Assembly (NCBI GenBank): GCA_964247055.1
Contig: OZ176058.1
Location: 3,782,001-3,846,000, forward strand
Origin: Paragordius varius
Lineage: Eukaryota > Animalia > Nematomorpha
Direction: 5' to 3'
DNA length: 64,000 nt
In this document: piece after piece, positions 37,801 to 51,700 of the stretch
Layout of the letters: every line of letters begins with the position of its first letter
Numbering within the stretch: position 1 is the stretch's first letter
Notes under the pieces: model-generated
Told to the model about the DNA's origin: nothing
What the model saw: the letters and a program-made list of their open reading frames with translations, nothing else
Databases searched by the model: none
Position numbers and translations under genes: made by a program

Positions 37801-40800
37801 ATGTTTTATTGTTGGAAGCACTAAAAAGTTAAAAGAAATCATATTTTGATTGTTGGAAAAATTATTTGATTGTTGAAAATATATGTTTGATTGTTGGAAA
37901 CACTAAAAAGCTGTTGGGCAACATATTATGATTGTTTGAAAAATTATTTGATTGTTGGAAAAATATGTTTGATTGTTAGAAACACTAAAAAGTTAAAAGA
38001 AAATATATTTTGATTGTTGGAAAAATTATTTGATTGTTGGAAATACTAAAAAGCTATTGGGCAACATATTTTGATTGTTAAAGAAATTATTTGATTGTTG
38101 AAAAAATTATTTAATTGTTGGAAAAAAAAAACCATTGGGCAACATATTTTGATTCTTGGAAAAATTATTTGATTGTTGAAAATATATGTTTGATTGTTGG
38201 AAACACTAAAAAGTTAAAAGAAAACATATTTTGATTGTTGGAAAAATTATTTGATTGTTGGAAATACTAAAAAGCTATTGGGCAACATATTTTGATTGTT
38301 AAAGAAATTATTTGATTGTTGAAAATATATGTTTGATTGTTGGAAACACTTAAAAGGTAAAAAACATAATTTAATTGTTGGAAAATATTTGATTGTGCAA
38401 ATATATGTTTGATTGTTGGAAATACTAAAAAGCTATTGGGCAACATATAATGATTGTTGGAAAAATTATTTGATTGTTATAAATATATGTTTGATTGTTG
38501 GAAACACTAAAAAGTTAAAAGAAAATATATTTTGATTGTTGGAAAAATTATTTGATTGTTGAAAATATATGTTTGATTGTTGGAAAAATTATTTGATTGT
38601 TGAAAATATATGTTTGATTGTTGGAAACACTAAAAAGCTATTGGGCAACATATTTTGATTGTTTGAAAAATCAGTTAATTGTTAAAAATATAAGTTTGAT
38701 TGTTGGAAACAATAAAAAGCTATTGGGCAACATATTTTGATTGTTAAAAAAATTATTTCATTGTTTAAAATATATGATTGATTGTTGGAAACATTAAAAA
38801 GTTAAAAGAAAACATATTTTAATTGTTAGAAAAATTATTTGATTGTTGAAAATATATGTTTGATTGTTGGAAACACTAAATAGTTAAAAGACAACATATT
38901 TTGATTGTTGGAAAAATTATTTGATTGTTGAAAATATATGTTTGATTGTTGGAAACACTAAAAAGTTAAAAGAAAACATATTTTGATTCTTGGAAAAATT
39001 ATTTGATTGTTGAAAATATATGTTTGATTGTTGGAAACACTAAAAGAAAACATATTTTGATTGTTGGAAAAATTATTTGATTGTTGGAAATACTAAAAAG
39101 CTATTGGGCAACATATTTTGATTGTTAAAGAAATTATTTGATTGTTGAAAATATATGTTTGATTGTTGGAAACACTTAAAAGGTAAAAAACATAATTTAA
39201 TTGTTGGAAAATATTTGATTGTGCAAATATATGTTTGATTGTTGGAAATACTAAAAAGCTATTGGGCAACATATAATGATTGTTGGAAAAATTATTTGAT
39301 TGTTATAAATATATGTTTGATTGTTGGAAACACTAAAAAGTTAAAAGAAAATATATTTTGATTGTTGGAAAAATTATTTGATTGTTGAAAATATATGTTT
39401 GATTGTTGGAAAAATTATTTGATTGTGATTGTTGGAAAAAAAGCTATTGGGCAACATATTTTGATTGTTTGAAAAATCATTTGATTGTTAAAAATATATG
39501 TTTGATTGTTGGAAACAATAAAAAGCTATTGGGCAACATATTTTGATTGTTAAAAAAATTATTTCATTGTTTAAAATATATGATTGATTGTTGGAAACAC
39601 TAAAAAGTTAAAAGAAAACATAATTTGATTGTTGAATAAATTATATGATTGTTGAAAATATATGTTTGATTGTTGGAAACCCTAAAAAGCTATTGGGCAA
39701 CATATTTTCATTGTTTGAAAAATTATTTGATTGTTGAAAAAATATGTTTGATTGTTGGAAACACTAAAAAGCTATTGGGCAACATATTTTGATTGTTGGA
39801 AAAATTATTTGGTTGTTGAAAATATATTTTTGATTGTTGGAAACAATAAAAAGCTATTGGGCAACATATTTTGATTGTTGGAAAAATTATTTGATTGTTG
39901 AAAATATATGTTTGATTGTTGGAAACACCAAAAAGTTAAAAGAAAACTAATTTTGATTGTTGGAAAAATTATTTGATTGTTGGAAAAACTAAAAAACTAT
40001 TGGGCAACATATTTTGATCGTTAAAAAAATTATTTGATTGTTGAAAATATATGTCTGATTGTTGGAAAGTGTAAAAGTTAAAAGAAAACATATTTTGATT
40101 GTTTGAAAATTATTTGATTGTTGGAAACAATATCTATTGGGCAACATATTTTGATTGTTGGAGATACTATTTGATTGTTGAAATTATATGTTTGATTGTT
40201 GGAAACACTAAAAAGTAGACAACATATGAAAAAATTATTTGATTGTTGGAAACATAAAAAAGCTATTGGGCAACATATTTTGATTGTTGGAGAAACTATC
40301 TGATTGTTGAAAATATATGTTTGATTGTTGGAAACACTAAAAAGTTAAAAGAAAACATATTTTGATTGTTGGAAAAATTATTTGATTGTGCAAATATATG
40401 TTTGATTGTTGGAAACACTAAAAAGCTATTGGGCATCATATGATTGTTCGAAAAATTATTTGATTGTTATCAATATATGTTTGATTGTTGGAAACACTAA
40501 AAAGTTAAAAGAAAATGTATTTTGATTGTTGAAAATATATGTTTGATTGTTGGAAAAATTATTTGATTGTTGAAATAATATGTTTGATTGTTGGAAACAC
40601 TAAAAAGCTATTGGGCAACATATTTGATTGTTGGAAAAATTATTTGATTGTTGAAAATATATGTTTGATTGTTGGAAACACTAAAAAGCTATTGGGCATG
40701 TTTAGATTGTTGGAAAAATTATTTGATTGTTGAAAATATATGTTTGATTGTTGGAATCACTAAAAAGTGAAAAGACAACATAATTTGATTGTTGGAAATT

Positions 40801-43800
40801 TTATTTGATTGTTGGAAATACTAAAAAGCTATTAGGGCAATAATATTTTGATTGTTAAAAAAATTATTTGATTGTTGAAAATATATGATTGATTGTTGGA
40901 AACAGTAAAAAGTTAAAAGAAAACATATTTTGATTGTTGGAAAAATTATTTGATTGTTGAAAATATATGTTTGATTGTTAGAAACACTAAAAAGTTAAAA
41001 GACAACATAATTTGATTGTTGAATAAATTATATGATTGTTGAAAATATATGTTTAATTGTTAGAAACACTAAAAAGCTGTTGGGCAACATATTTTGCTTG
41101 TTTGAAAAATTATTTGATTGTTGAAAATATATGTTTGATTGTTGGAAACATAAAAAAGCTATTGGGCAACATATTTTGATTGTTGGAGAAACTATTTGAT
41201 TGTTGAAAATATATGTTTGATTGTTGGAAACACTAAAATGTTAAAAGAAAACATATTTTGATTGTTGGAAAAATTATTTGATTGTGCAAATATATGTTTG
41301 ATTGTTGGAAACACTAAAAAGCTATTGGGCAACATATTATGAAATTATTTGATTGTTGAAAAAATATGTTTGATTGTTGGAAACACTAAAAAACTATTGG
41401 GCAACATATTTGTTAAAAAAATTATTTGATTGTTGAAAAAATTATTTGATTGTTGAAAATATATGTTTGATTGTTGGAAACACTAAAAAGTTAAAAGAAA
41501 ATATATTTTGATTGTTGGAAAAATTATTTGATTGTTGGAAAAACTAAAAAACTATTGGGCAACATATTTTGATCGTTAAAAAAATTATTTGATTGTTGAA
41601 AATATATGTCTGATTGTTGGAAAGTGAAAAAGTTAAAAGAAAACATATTTAGATTGTTTGAAAATTATTTGATTGTTGGAAACAATATAAAGCTATTGGG
41701 CAACATATTTTGATTGTTGGAGATACTATTTGATTGTTGAAAATATATGTTTGATTGTTGGAAACATAAAAAAGCTATTGGGCAACATATTTTGATTGTT
41801 GGAAAAAATATTTGATTGTTGAAAATATATGTTTTATTGTTGGAAGCACTAAAAAGTTAAAAGAAATCATATTTTGATTGTTGGAAAAATTATTTGATTG
41901 TTGAAAATATATGTTTGATTGTTGGAAACACTAAAAAGCTGTTGGGCAACATATTATGAAATTATTTGATTGTTGAAAAAATATGTTTGATTGTTGGAAA
42001 CACTAAAAAACTATTGGGCAACATATTTGTTAAAAAAATTATTTGATTGTTGAAAAAATTATTTGATTGTTGAAAATATATGTTTGATTGTTGGAAACAC
42101 TAAAAAGTTAAAAGAAAACATATTTTGATTGTTGGAAAAATTATTTGATTGTTGGAAAAACTAAAAAACTATTGGGCAACATATTTTGATCGTTAAAAAA
42201 ATTATTTGATTGTTGAAAATATATGTCTGATTGTTGGAAAGTGAAAAAGTTAAAAGAAAACATATTTTGATTGTTTGAAAATTATTTGATTGTTGGAAAC
42301 AATATAAAGCTATTGGGCAACATATTTTGATTGTTGGAGATACTATTTGATTGTTGAAATTATATGTTTGATTGTTGTAAACACTAAAAAGTTAAAAGAA
42401 AACATATGTTGATTGTTGGAAAAATTATTTGATTGTGCAAATATATGTTTGATTGTTGTAAACACTAAAAAGCTATTGGGCAACATATTTTAATTGTTTG
42501 AAAAATTATTTGATTGTTGAAAATATATGTTTGATTGTTGGAAATACTAAAAAGCTATTAAGCAACATATTATAATTGTTGGAAAAATTATTTGATTGTT
42601 GAAAATATAAGTTTGATTGTTGGAAACACTAAAAAGCTATTGGGTAACATATTTTGATTGTTTAAAAAATTATTTGATTGTTGAAAATATATGTTTGATT
42701 GTTGGAAACACTAAAAAGCTATTGGGCATGTTTTGATTGTTGGAAAAATTATTTGATTGTTGAAAATTATGTTTTATTGTTGGAAGCACTAAAAAGTTAA
42801 AAGAAATCATATTTTGATTGTTGGAAAAATTATTTGATTGTTGAAAATATATGTTTGATTGTTGGAAACACTAAAAAGCTGTTGGGCAACATATTATGAT
42901 TGTTTGAAAAATTATTTGATTGTTGAAAAAATATGTTTGATTGTTGGAAACACTAAAAAGTTAAAAGACAACATAATTTGATTTTTTGAAAAAATTATTT
43001 AATTGTTGGAAACACTAAAAAACTATTGGGCAACATATTTTGATTGTTGGAAAAATTATTTGATTGTTGAAAATATATGTTTGATTGTTGGAAACACTAA
43101 AAAGTTAAAAGAAAACATATTTTGATTGTTGGAAAAATTATTTGATTGTTGGAAAAACTAAAAAACTATTGGGCAACATATTTTGATCGTTAAAAAAATT
43201 ATTTGATTGTTGAAAAAATATGTCTGATTGTTGGAAAGTGAAAAAGTTAAAAGAAAACATATTTTGATTGTTTGAAAATTATTTGATTGTTGGAAACAAT
43301 ATAAAGCTATAGGGCAACATATTTTGATTGTTGTAGATAATATTTGATTGTTGAAATTATATGTTTGATTGTTGGAAACACTAAAAAGTAGACATATGAA
43401 AAATTATTTGATTGTTGGAAACACTAAAAAACTATAAGGGATCATATTTTGATTGTTGGAAAAATTATTTGATTGGTGAAAATATATGTTTTATTGTTGG
43501 AAGCACTAAAAAGTTAAAAGAAATCATATTATGATTGTTGGAAAAATTATTTGATTATTGAAAATATATGTTTGATAGTTAGAAACACTAAAAAGTTAAT
43601 GGACAACATAATTTGATTGTTGAATAAATTATATGATTGTTGAAAATATATGTTTAATTGTTAGAAACACTAAAAAGCTGTTGGGCAAAATATTTTGCCT
43701 GTTTGAAAAATTATTTGATTGTTGAAAATATATGTTTGATTGTTGGAAACATAAAAAAGCTATTGGGCAACATATTTTGATTGTTGGAGAAACTATCTGA

Positions 43801-45745
43801 TTGTTGAAAATATATGTTTGATTGTTGGAAACACTAAAAAGTTAAAAGAAAACATATGTTGATTGTTGGAAAAATTATTTGATTGTGCAAATATATATTT
43901 GATTGTTGTAAACACTAAAAAGCTATTGGGCATCATATGATTGTTGGAAAAATTATTTGATTGTTGAAAATATATGTTTTATTGTTGGAAGCACTAAAAA
44001 GTTAAAAGAAATCATATTATGATTGTTGGAAAAATTATTTGATTGTTGAAAATATATGTTTGATAGTTAGAAACACTAAAAAGTAAAAAGACAACATAAT
44101 TTGATTGTTGAATAAATTATATGATTGTTGAAAATATATGTTTAATTGTTAGAAACACTAAAAAGCTGTTGGGCAAAATATTTTGCCTGTTTGAAAAATT
44201 ATTTGATTGTTGAAAATATATGTTTGATTGTTGGAAACATAAAAAAGCTATTGGGCAACATATTTTGATTGTTGGAGAAACTATTTGATTGTTGAAAATA
44301 TATGTTTGATTGTTGGAAACACTAAAAAGTTAAAAGAAAACATATGTTGATTGTTGGAAAAATTATTTGATTGTGCAAATATATATTTGATTGTTGTAAA
44401 CACTAAAAAGCTATTGGGCATCATATGATTGTTGCAAAAATTATTTGATTGTTGAAAATATATGTTTTATTGTTGGAAGCACTAAAAAGTTAAAAGAAAT
44501 CATATTTTGATTGTTGGAAAAATTATTTGATTGTTGAAAATATATGTTTGATTGTTGGAAACACTAAAAAGCTGTTGGGCAACATATTATGATTGTTTGA
44601 AAAATTATTTGATTGTTGGAAAAATATGTTTGATTGTTGGAAACACTAAAAAGTTAAAAGAAAATATATTTTGATTGTTGGAAAAATTATTTGATTGTTG
44701 GAAATACTAAAAAGCTATTGGGCAACATATTTTGATTGTTAAAGAAATTATTTGATTGTTGAAAAAATTATTTAATTGTTGGAAAAAAAAACCATTGGGC
44801 AACATATTTTGATTCTTGGAAAAATTATTTGATTGTTGAAAATATATGTTTGATTGTTGGAAACACTAAAAAGTTAAAAGAAAACATATTTTGATTGTTG
44901 GAAAAATTATTTGATTGTTGGAAATACTAAAAAGCTATTGGGCAACATATTTTGATTGTTAAAGAAATTATTTGATTGTTGAAAATATATGTTTGATTGT
45001 TGGAAACACTTAAAAGGTAAAAAACATAATTTAATTGTTGGAAAATATTTGATTGTGCAAATATATGTTTGATTGTTGGAAATACTAAAAAGCTATTGGG
45101 CAACATATAATGATTGTTGGAAAAATTATTTGATTGTTATAAATATATGTTTGATTGTTGGAAACACTAAAAAGTTAAAAGAAAATATATTTTGATTGTT
45201 GGAAAAATTATTTGATTGTTGAAAATATATGTTTGATTGTTGGAAAAATTATTTGATTGTTGAAAATATATGTTTGATTGTTGGAAACACTAAAAAGCTA
45301 TTGGGCAACATATTTTGATTGTTTGAAAAATCATTTAATTGTTAAAAATATAAGTTTGATTGTTGGAAACAATAAAAAGCTATTGGGCAACATATTTTGA
45401 TTGTTAAAAAAATTATTTCATTGTTTAAAATATATGATTGATTGTTGGAAACATTAAAAAGTTAAAAGAAAACATATTTTAATTGTTAGAAAAATTATTT
45501 GATTGTTGAAAATATATGTTTGATTGTTGGAAACACTAAATAGTTAAAAGACAACATATTTTGATTGTTGGAAAAATTATTTGATTGTTGAAAATATATG
45601 TTTGATTGTTGGAAACACTAAAAAGTTAAAAGAAAACATATTTTGATTGTTGGAAAAATTATTTGATTGTTGGAAAAACTAAAAAACTATTGGGCAACAT
45701 ATTTTGATCTTTAAAAAAATTATTTGATTGTTAAAAATATATGTT
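34896..45745 (+). repeat. Satellite subfamily domain 2, with internal 896-, 826-, 488- and ~6.2-kb duplications
   Basis: Diagnostic variants GATCGTTAAAAAA, GGAAAGTGAAAAAG, TTTTGCCTG and AAGGGATCATA were seen only here. Offsets: 896 (36116/37012), 826 (38356/39182), 6173 (37270/43443), 488 (43693/44181), 6660 (38131/44791). Confidence 0.8.
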
Positions 45746-48700
45746 GGGCAACATATTATGATTGTTTGAAAAAATATTTGATTGTCGAAAAAATATGTTT
45801 GATTGTTGAAAATATATGTTTCATTATTGGAAACACTAAAAAGTTAAAGGACAACATAATTTGATTGTTGAAAAAATTATTTAATTGTTGGAAACACTAA
45901 AAAACTATTGGGCAACATATTTTGATTGTTGGAAAAATTATTATATTGTTGAAAATATATGTTTGATTGTTGCAAACATTAAAAAGTTAAAAGAAAACAT
46001 ATTTTGATTGTTGGAAAATTATTTGATTGTTGGAAATACTAAAAAGCTATTGGGGAACATATTTAGATTGTTAAAAAAATTATTTGATTGTTGAAAATAT
46101 ATGTTTGATTGTTGGAAACACTAAAAAGTTAAAAGAAAACATATTTTGATTGTTGGAAAAATTATTTGATTGTTGAAAATATATGTTTGATTGTTGGAAA
46201 TACTAAAAAGCTATTGGGCAACATATTTTGATTGTTTGAAAAATTATTTGATTGTTGAAAAAATATGTTTGATTGTTGGAAACACTAAAAAACTATTGGG
46301 CAACATATTTTGATTGTTGTAAAAATTATTTGATTGTTGAAAATTGTTTGATTGTTGGAAACACTAACAAAAGACAACATAACTTGATTGTTGGAAAAAT
46401 TATTTAATTGTTGGAAACACTAAAAAACTTTTGGGCAACATATTTTGATTGTTGGAAAAATTATTATATTGTTGAAAATATATGTTTGATTGTTGGAAAC
46501 ATTAAAAAGTTAAAAGAAAACATAATTTGATTGTTGAAAAAATTATTTAATTGTTGGAAACACTAAAAAGCTATTGGGCAACATATTTTGATTGTTAAAA
46601 AATTATTTGATTGTTGAAAATATATGTTTGATTGTTGGAAACACTAAAAAGTTAAAAGAAATCAAATTTTGATTGTTGGAAATTGGAAACACTAAAAAGC
46701 TATTGGGCATCATATTTTGATTGTTGGAGAAATTATTTGATTTTTGAATATATGATTGATTGTTGGAAACACTAAAAAGTTAAAAGACAACATAATTTGA
46801 TTGTTGGAAAAATTATTTGATTATTGAAAATATATGTTTGATTGTTGGAAACACTAAAAAGTTAAAAAACATAATTTAATTGTTGGTAAATATTTGATTT
46901 TGAAAATATATGTTTGATTGTTGGAAACACTAAAAGCTATTGGGCAACATATTTAAATTGTTGGAAAAATTATTTGATTGTTGGAAATATATGTTTGATT
47001 GTTGGAAACACTAAAAAGTTAAAAGAAAACATATTATTGTTGGAAAAATTATTTGATTGTTGAAAATATATGTTTGAATGTTGGAAATACTAAAAAGCTA
47101 TTGGGCAAATTTTGATTGTTTGAAAAATTATTTGATTGTTGAAAATATATGTTTGATTGTTGGAAACACTAAAAAGTTAAAAGAAAACATATTTTGATTG
47201 TTGGAAAAATTATTTGATTGTTGAAAATATATGTTTGAATGTTGGAAATACTAAAAAGTTAAAAGAAAACATAATTTGATTGTTGGAAAAATTATTTGAT
47301 TGTTGAAAATATATGTTTGATAAAAATTAAAAGAAATCAAATTTTGATTTTTGGAAATTGGAAACACTAAAAAGCTATTGGGCATCATATTTTGATTGTT
47401 GGAGAAATTATTTGATAGTTGAAAATATATGATTGATTGTTGGAAACACTAAAAAGTTAAAAGACAACATAATTTGATTGTTGGAAAAATTATTTGATTG
47501 TTGGAAATATATGTTTGAGTGTTGGAAATACTAAAAAGCTATTACATATTTTGATTGTTTGAAAAATTATTTGATTGTTGAAAATATATGTAGGATTGTT
47601 GGAAACAGTAAAAGCTATTGGGCAACATATTTTGATTTTTTGAAAAATTATTTGATTGTTGAAAATATATGATTCATTGTTGGAAACACTAAAAAGCTAT
47701 TGGGCAACATATTTTGATTGTTGTAAAAATTATTTGATTGTTGAAAATATATGTTTGTTTGTTGGAAACACTAAAAAGTTAAAAGAAAACATATTTTGAT
47801 TGTTGGAAAAATTATTTGATTGTTGAAAATATATGTTTGATTGTTGGAAATACTAAAAAGCTATTGGGCAACATATTTCGATTGTTGGAAAAATTATTTG
47901 ATTGTTGAACATATATGTTTGATTGTTGGAAACACTAAAAAGATAAAAGACAACATAATTTGATTGTTAAAAAATTATTTAATTGTTGGAAACACTAAAA
48001 TACTATTGGGCAACATATTTATTGTTGGAAAATTATTTGATTGTTGAAAATATGTAGGATTGTTGGAAATACTAAAAGGTATTGGTCAACATATTTTAAT
48101 TGTTAAAAAAATTATTTGATTGTTAAAAATATATGATTGATTGTTGGGAACACTAAAAAGTTAAAAGAAAACATAATTTGATTGTTGAATAAAATATATG
48201 ATTGTTGAAAATATATGATTGAATGTTGGAAACACTAAAAAGTTAAAAGAAAACATATTTTGGTTGGAAAAATTTTTTGATTGTTGAAAATATAGTTTGA
48301 TTGTTGGAAACACTAAAAAGCTATTGGACAACATATTTTGATTGTTGGAAAAATTATTTGATTGTTGAAAATATATGTTTGATTGTTGGAAACACTAAAA
48401 AGTTAAAAGACAACATAATTTGATTGTTGGAAAATTTATTTGATTGTTGGAAATACTAAAAAGCTATTGGGCAACATATTTTGATTGTTAAAAAAATTAT
48501 TTTATTGTTGAAAATATATGTTTAATTGTTGGAAACACTAAAAAGCTATTGGGCAACATATTTTGATTGGTAAAAAATTATTTGATTGTTGAAAAAATAT
48601 GTTTGATTGTTGGAAACACTAAAAAGTTAAAAGAAAACATATTTTGATTGTTTGAAAAATTATTTGATTGTTGAAAAAATATGTTTGATTGTTGGAAACA

Positions 48701-51700
48701 CTAAAAAACTATAGGGCAACATATTTTGATTGTTGTAAAAATTATTTGATTGTTGAAAATATATGTTTGATTGTTGGAAACACTAAAAAGTTTAAAGAAA
48801 ACATATTTTGATAATTGGAGAAATTATTTGATTGTTGAAAATATATGATTGATTGTTGCAAACACTAAAAAGTTAAAAGACAACATAATTTGATTGTTGG
48901 AAAAATTATATGATTGTTGAAAATATATGTTTGATTGTTGGAAATATTAAAAAGCTATTACATATTTTGATTGTTTGAAAAATTATTTGATTGTTGAAAA
49001 TATATGTAGGATTGTTGGAAACACTAAAAGCTATTGGGCAACATATTTTGATTGTTTGAAAAATTATTTGATTGTTGAAAATATATGTTTCAATGTTGGA
49101 AACACTAAAAACTATTGGGCAACATATTTTGATTGTTGTAAAAATTATTTGATTGTTGAAAATATATGTGTGATTGTTGGAAACACTAAAAAGTTAAAAG
49201 AAAACATAATTTGATTGTTGAATAAATTATTTGATTGTTGAAAATATATTTTTGATTGTTGGAAATACTAAAAAGCTATGGGCAACATATTTTGATTGTT
49301 GGAAAAATTATTTGATTGTTGAAAATATATATTTGATTGTTGGAAATACTAAAAAGCTATTGGGCAACATATTTTGATTGTTTGAAAAATTATATGATTG
49401 TTGAAAAAATATGTTTGATTGTTGAAAATACATGTTTCATTGTTGGAAACACTAAAAAGTAAAAAGACAACATAATTTGATTGTTGTAAAAATTATTTGA
49501 TTGTTGAAAATATATGTTTGATTGTTGGAAACACTAAAAAGTTAAAAGAAAACATATTTTGATTGTTGGAAAAATTATTTGATTGTTATAAATATATGTT
49601 TGATTGTTGGAAATACTAAAAAGCTATTGGGCAACATATTTTGATTGTTGGAAAAATTATTTGATTGTTGATAATATATGTTTGTTGGAAACACTAAAAA
49701 GATAAAAGACAACATAATTTGATTGTTGAAAAAATTATTTAATTGTTGGAAACACTAAAAAGCTATTGGGCAACATATTTTGATTGTTAAAAAATTATTT
49801 GATTGTTGAAAATATATGTTTGATTGTTGGAAACACTAAAAAGTTAAAAAAAACATATTTTGATTGTTTGAAAAATTATTTGATTGTTGAAAATATATGT
49901 AGGATTGTTGGAAACACTAAAAGCTATTGGGCAACATATTTTGATTGTTTGAAAAATTATTTGATTGTTGAAAATATATGTTTGATTGTTGGAAACACTA
50001 AAAAGTTAAAAGAAAACATATTTTGATTGTTGGAGAAATTATTTGATAGTTGAAAATATATGATTGATTGTTGGAAACACTAAAAAGTTAAAAGACAACA
50101 TAATTTGATTGTTGGAAAAATTATTTGATTGTTGGAAATATATGTTTGAGTGTTGGAAATACTAAAAAGCTATTACATATTTTGATTGTTTGAAAAATTA
50201 TTTGATTGTTGAAAATATATGTAGGATTGTTGGAAACACTAAAAGCTATTGGGCAACATATTTTGATTTTTTGAAAAATTATTTGATTGTTGAAAATATA
50301 TGATTCATTGTTGGAAACACTAAAAAGCTATTGGGCAACATATTTTGATTGTTGTAAAAATGATTTGATTGTTGAAAATATATGTTTGTTTGTTGGAAAC
50401 ACTAAAAAGTTAAAAGAAAACATATTTTGATTGTTGGAAAAATTATTTGATTGTTGAAAATATATGTTTGATTGTTGGAAATACTAAAAAGCTATTGGGC
50501 AACATATTTCGATTGTTGGAAAAATTATTTGATTGTTGAACATATATGTTTGATTGTTGGAAACACTAAAAAGATAAAAGACAACATAATTTGATTGTTA
50601 AAAAATTATTTAATTGTTGGAAACACTAAAATACTATTGGGCAACATATTTATTGTTGGAAAATTATTTGATTGTTGAAAATATGTAGGATTGTTGGAAA
50701 TACTAAAAGGTATTGGTCAACATATTTTAATTGTTAAAAAAATTATTTGATTGTTAAAAATATATGATTGATTGTTGGGAACACTAAAAAGTTAAAAGAA
50801 AACATAATTTGATTGTTGAATAAAATATATGATTGTTGAAAATATATGATTGATTGTTGGAAACACTAAAAAGTTAAAAGAAAACATATTTTGGTTGGAA
50901 AAATTTTTTGAATGTTGAAAATATAGTTTGATTGTTGGAAACACTAAAAAGCTATTGGACAACATATTTTGATTGTTGGAAAAATTATTTGATTGTTGAA
51001 AATATATGTTTGATTGTTGGAAACACTAAAAAGTTAAAAGACAACATAATTTGATTGTTGGAAAATTTATTTGATTGTTGGAAATACTAAAAAGCTATTG
51101 GGCAACATATTTTGATTGTTAAAAAAATTATTTTATTGTTGAAAATATATGTTTGATTGTTGGAAACACTAAAAAGCTAAAAGAAAACATATTTTGATTG
51201 TTGGAAAAATTATTTGATTGTTGAAAATATATGTTTGATTGTTGGAAACACTAAAAAGTTAAAAGAAAACATATTTTGATTGTTGGAAAAATTATTTGAT
51301 TGTTGAAAATATATGGTTGATTGTTGGAAAGACTAAAAAGCTGTTGGGCAACATATTATGATTGTTTGAAAAATTATTTGATTGTCGAAAAAATATGTTT
51401 GATTGTTGAAAATATATGTTTCATTGTTGGAAACACTAAAAAGTAAAAAGACAACATAATTTGATTGTTGAAAAAATTATTTAATTGTTGGAAACACTTA
51501 AAAACTATTGGGCAACATATTTATTGTTGGAAAATTATTTGATTGTTGAAAATATATGTTTGATTGTTGGAAACACTAAAAAGATAAAAGACAACATAAT
51601 TTGATTGTTGAAAAAATTATTTAATTGTTGGAAACACTAAAAAACTATTGGGCAACATATTTATTGTTGGAAAATTATTTGATTGTTGAAAATATATGTT

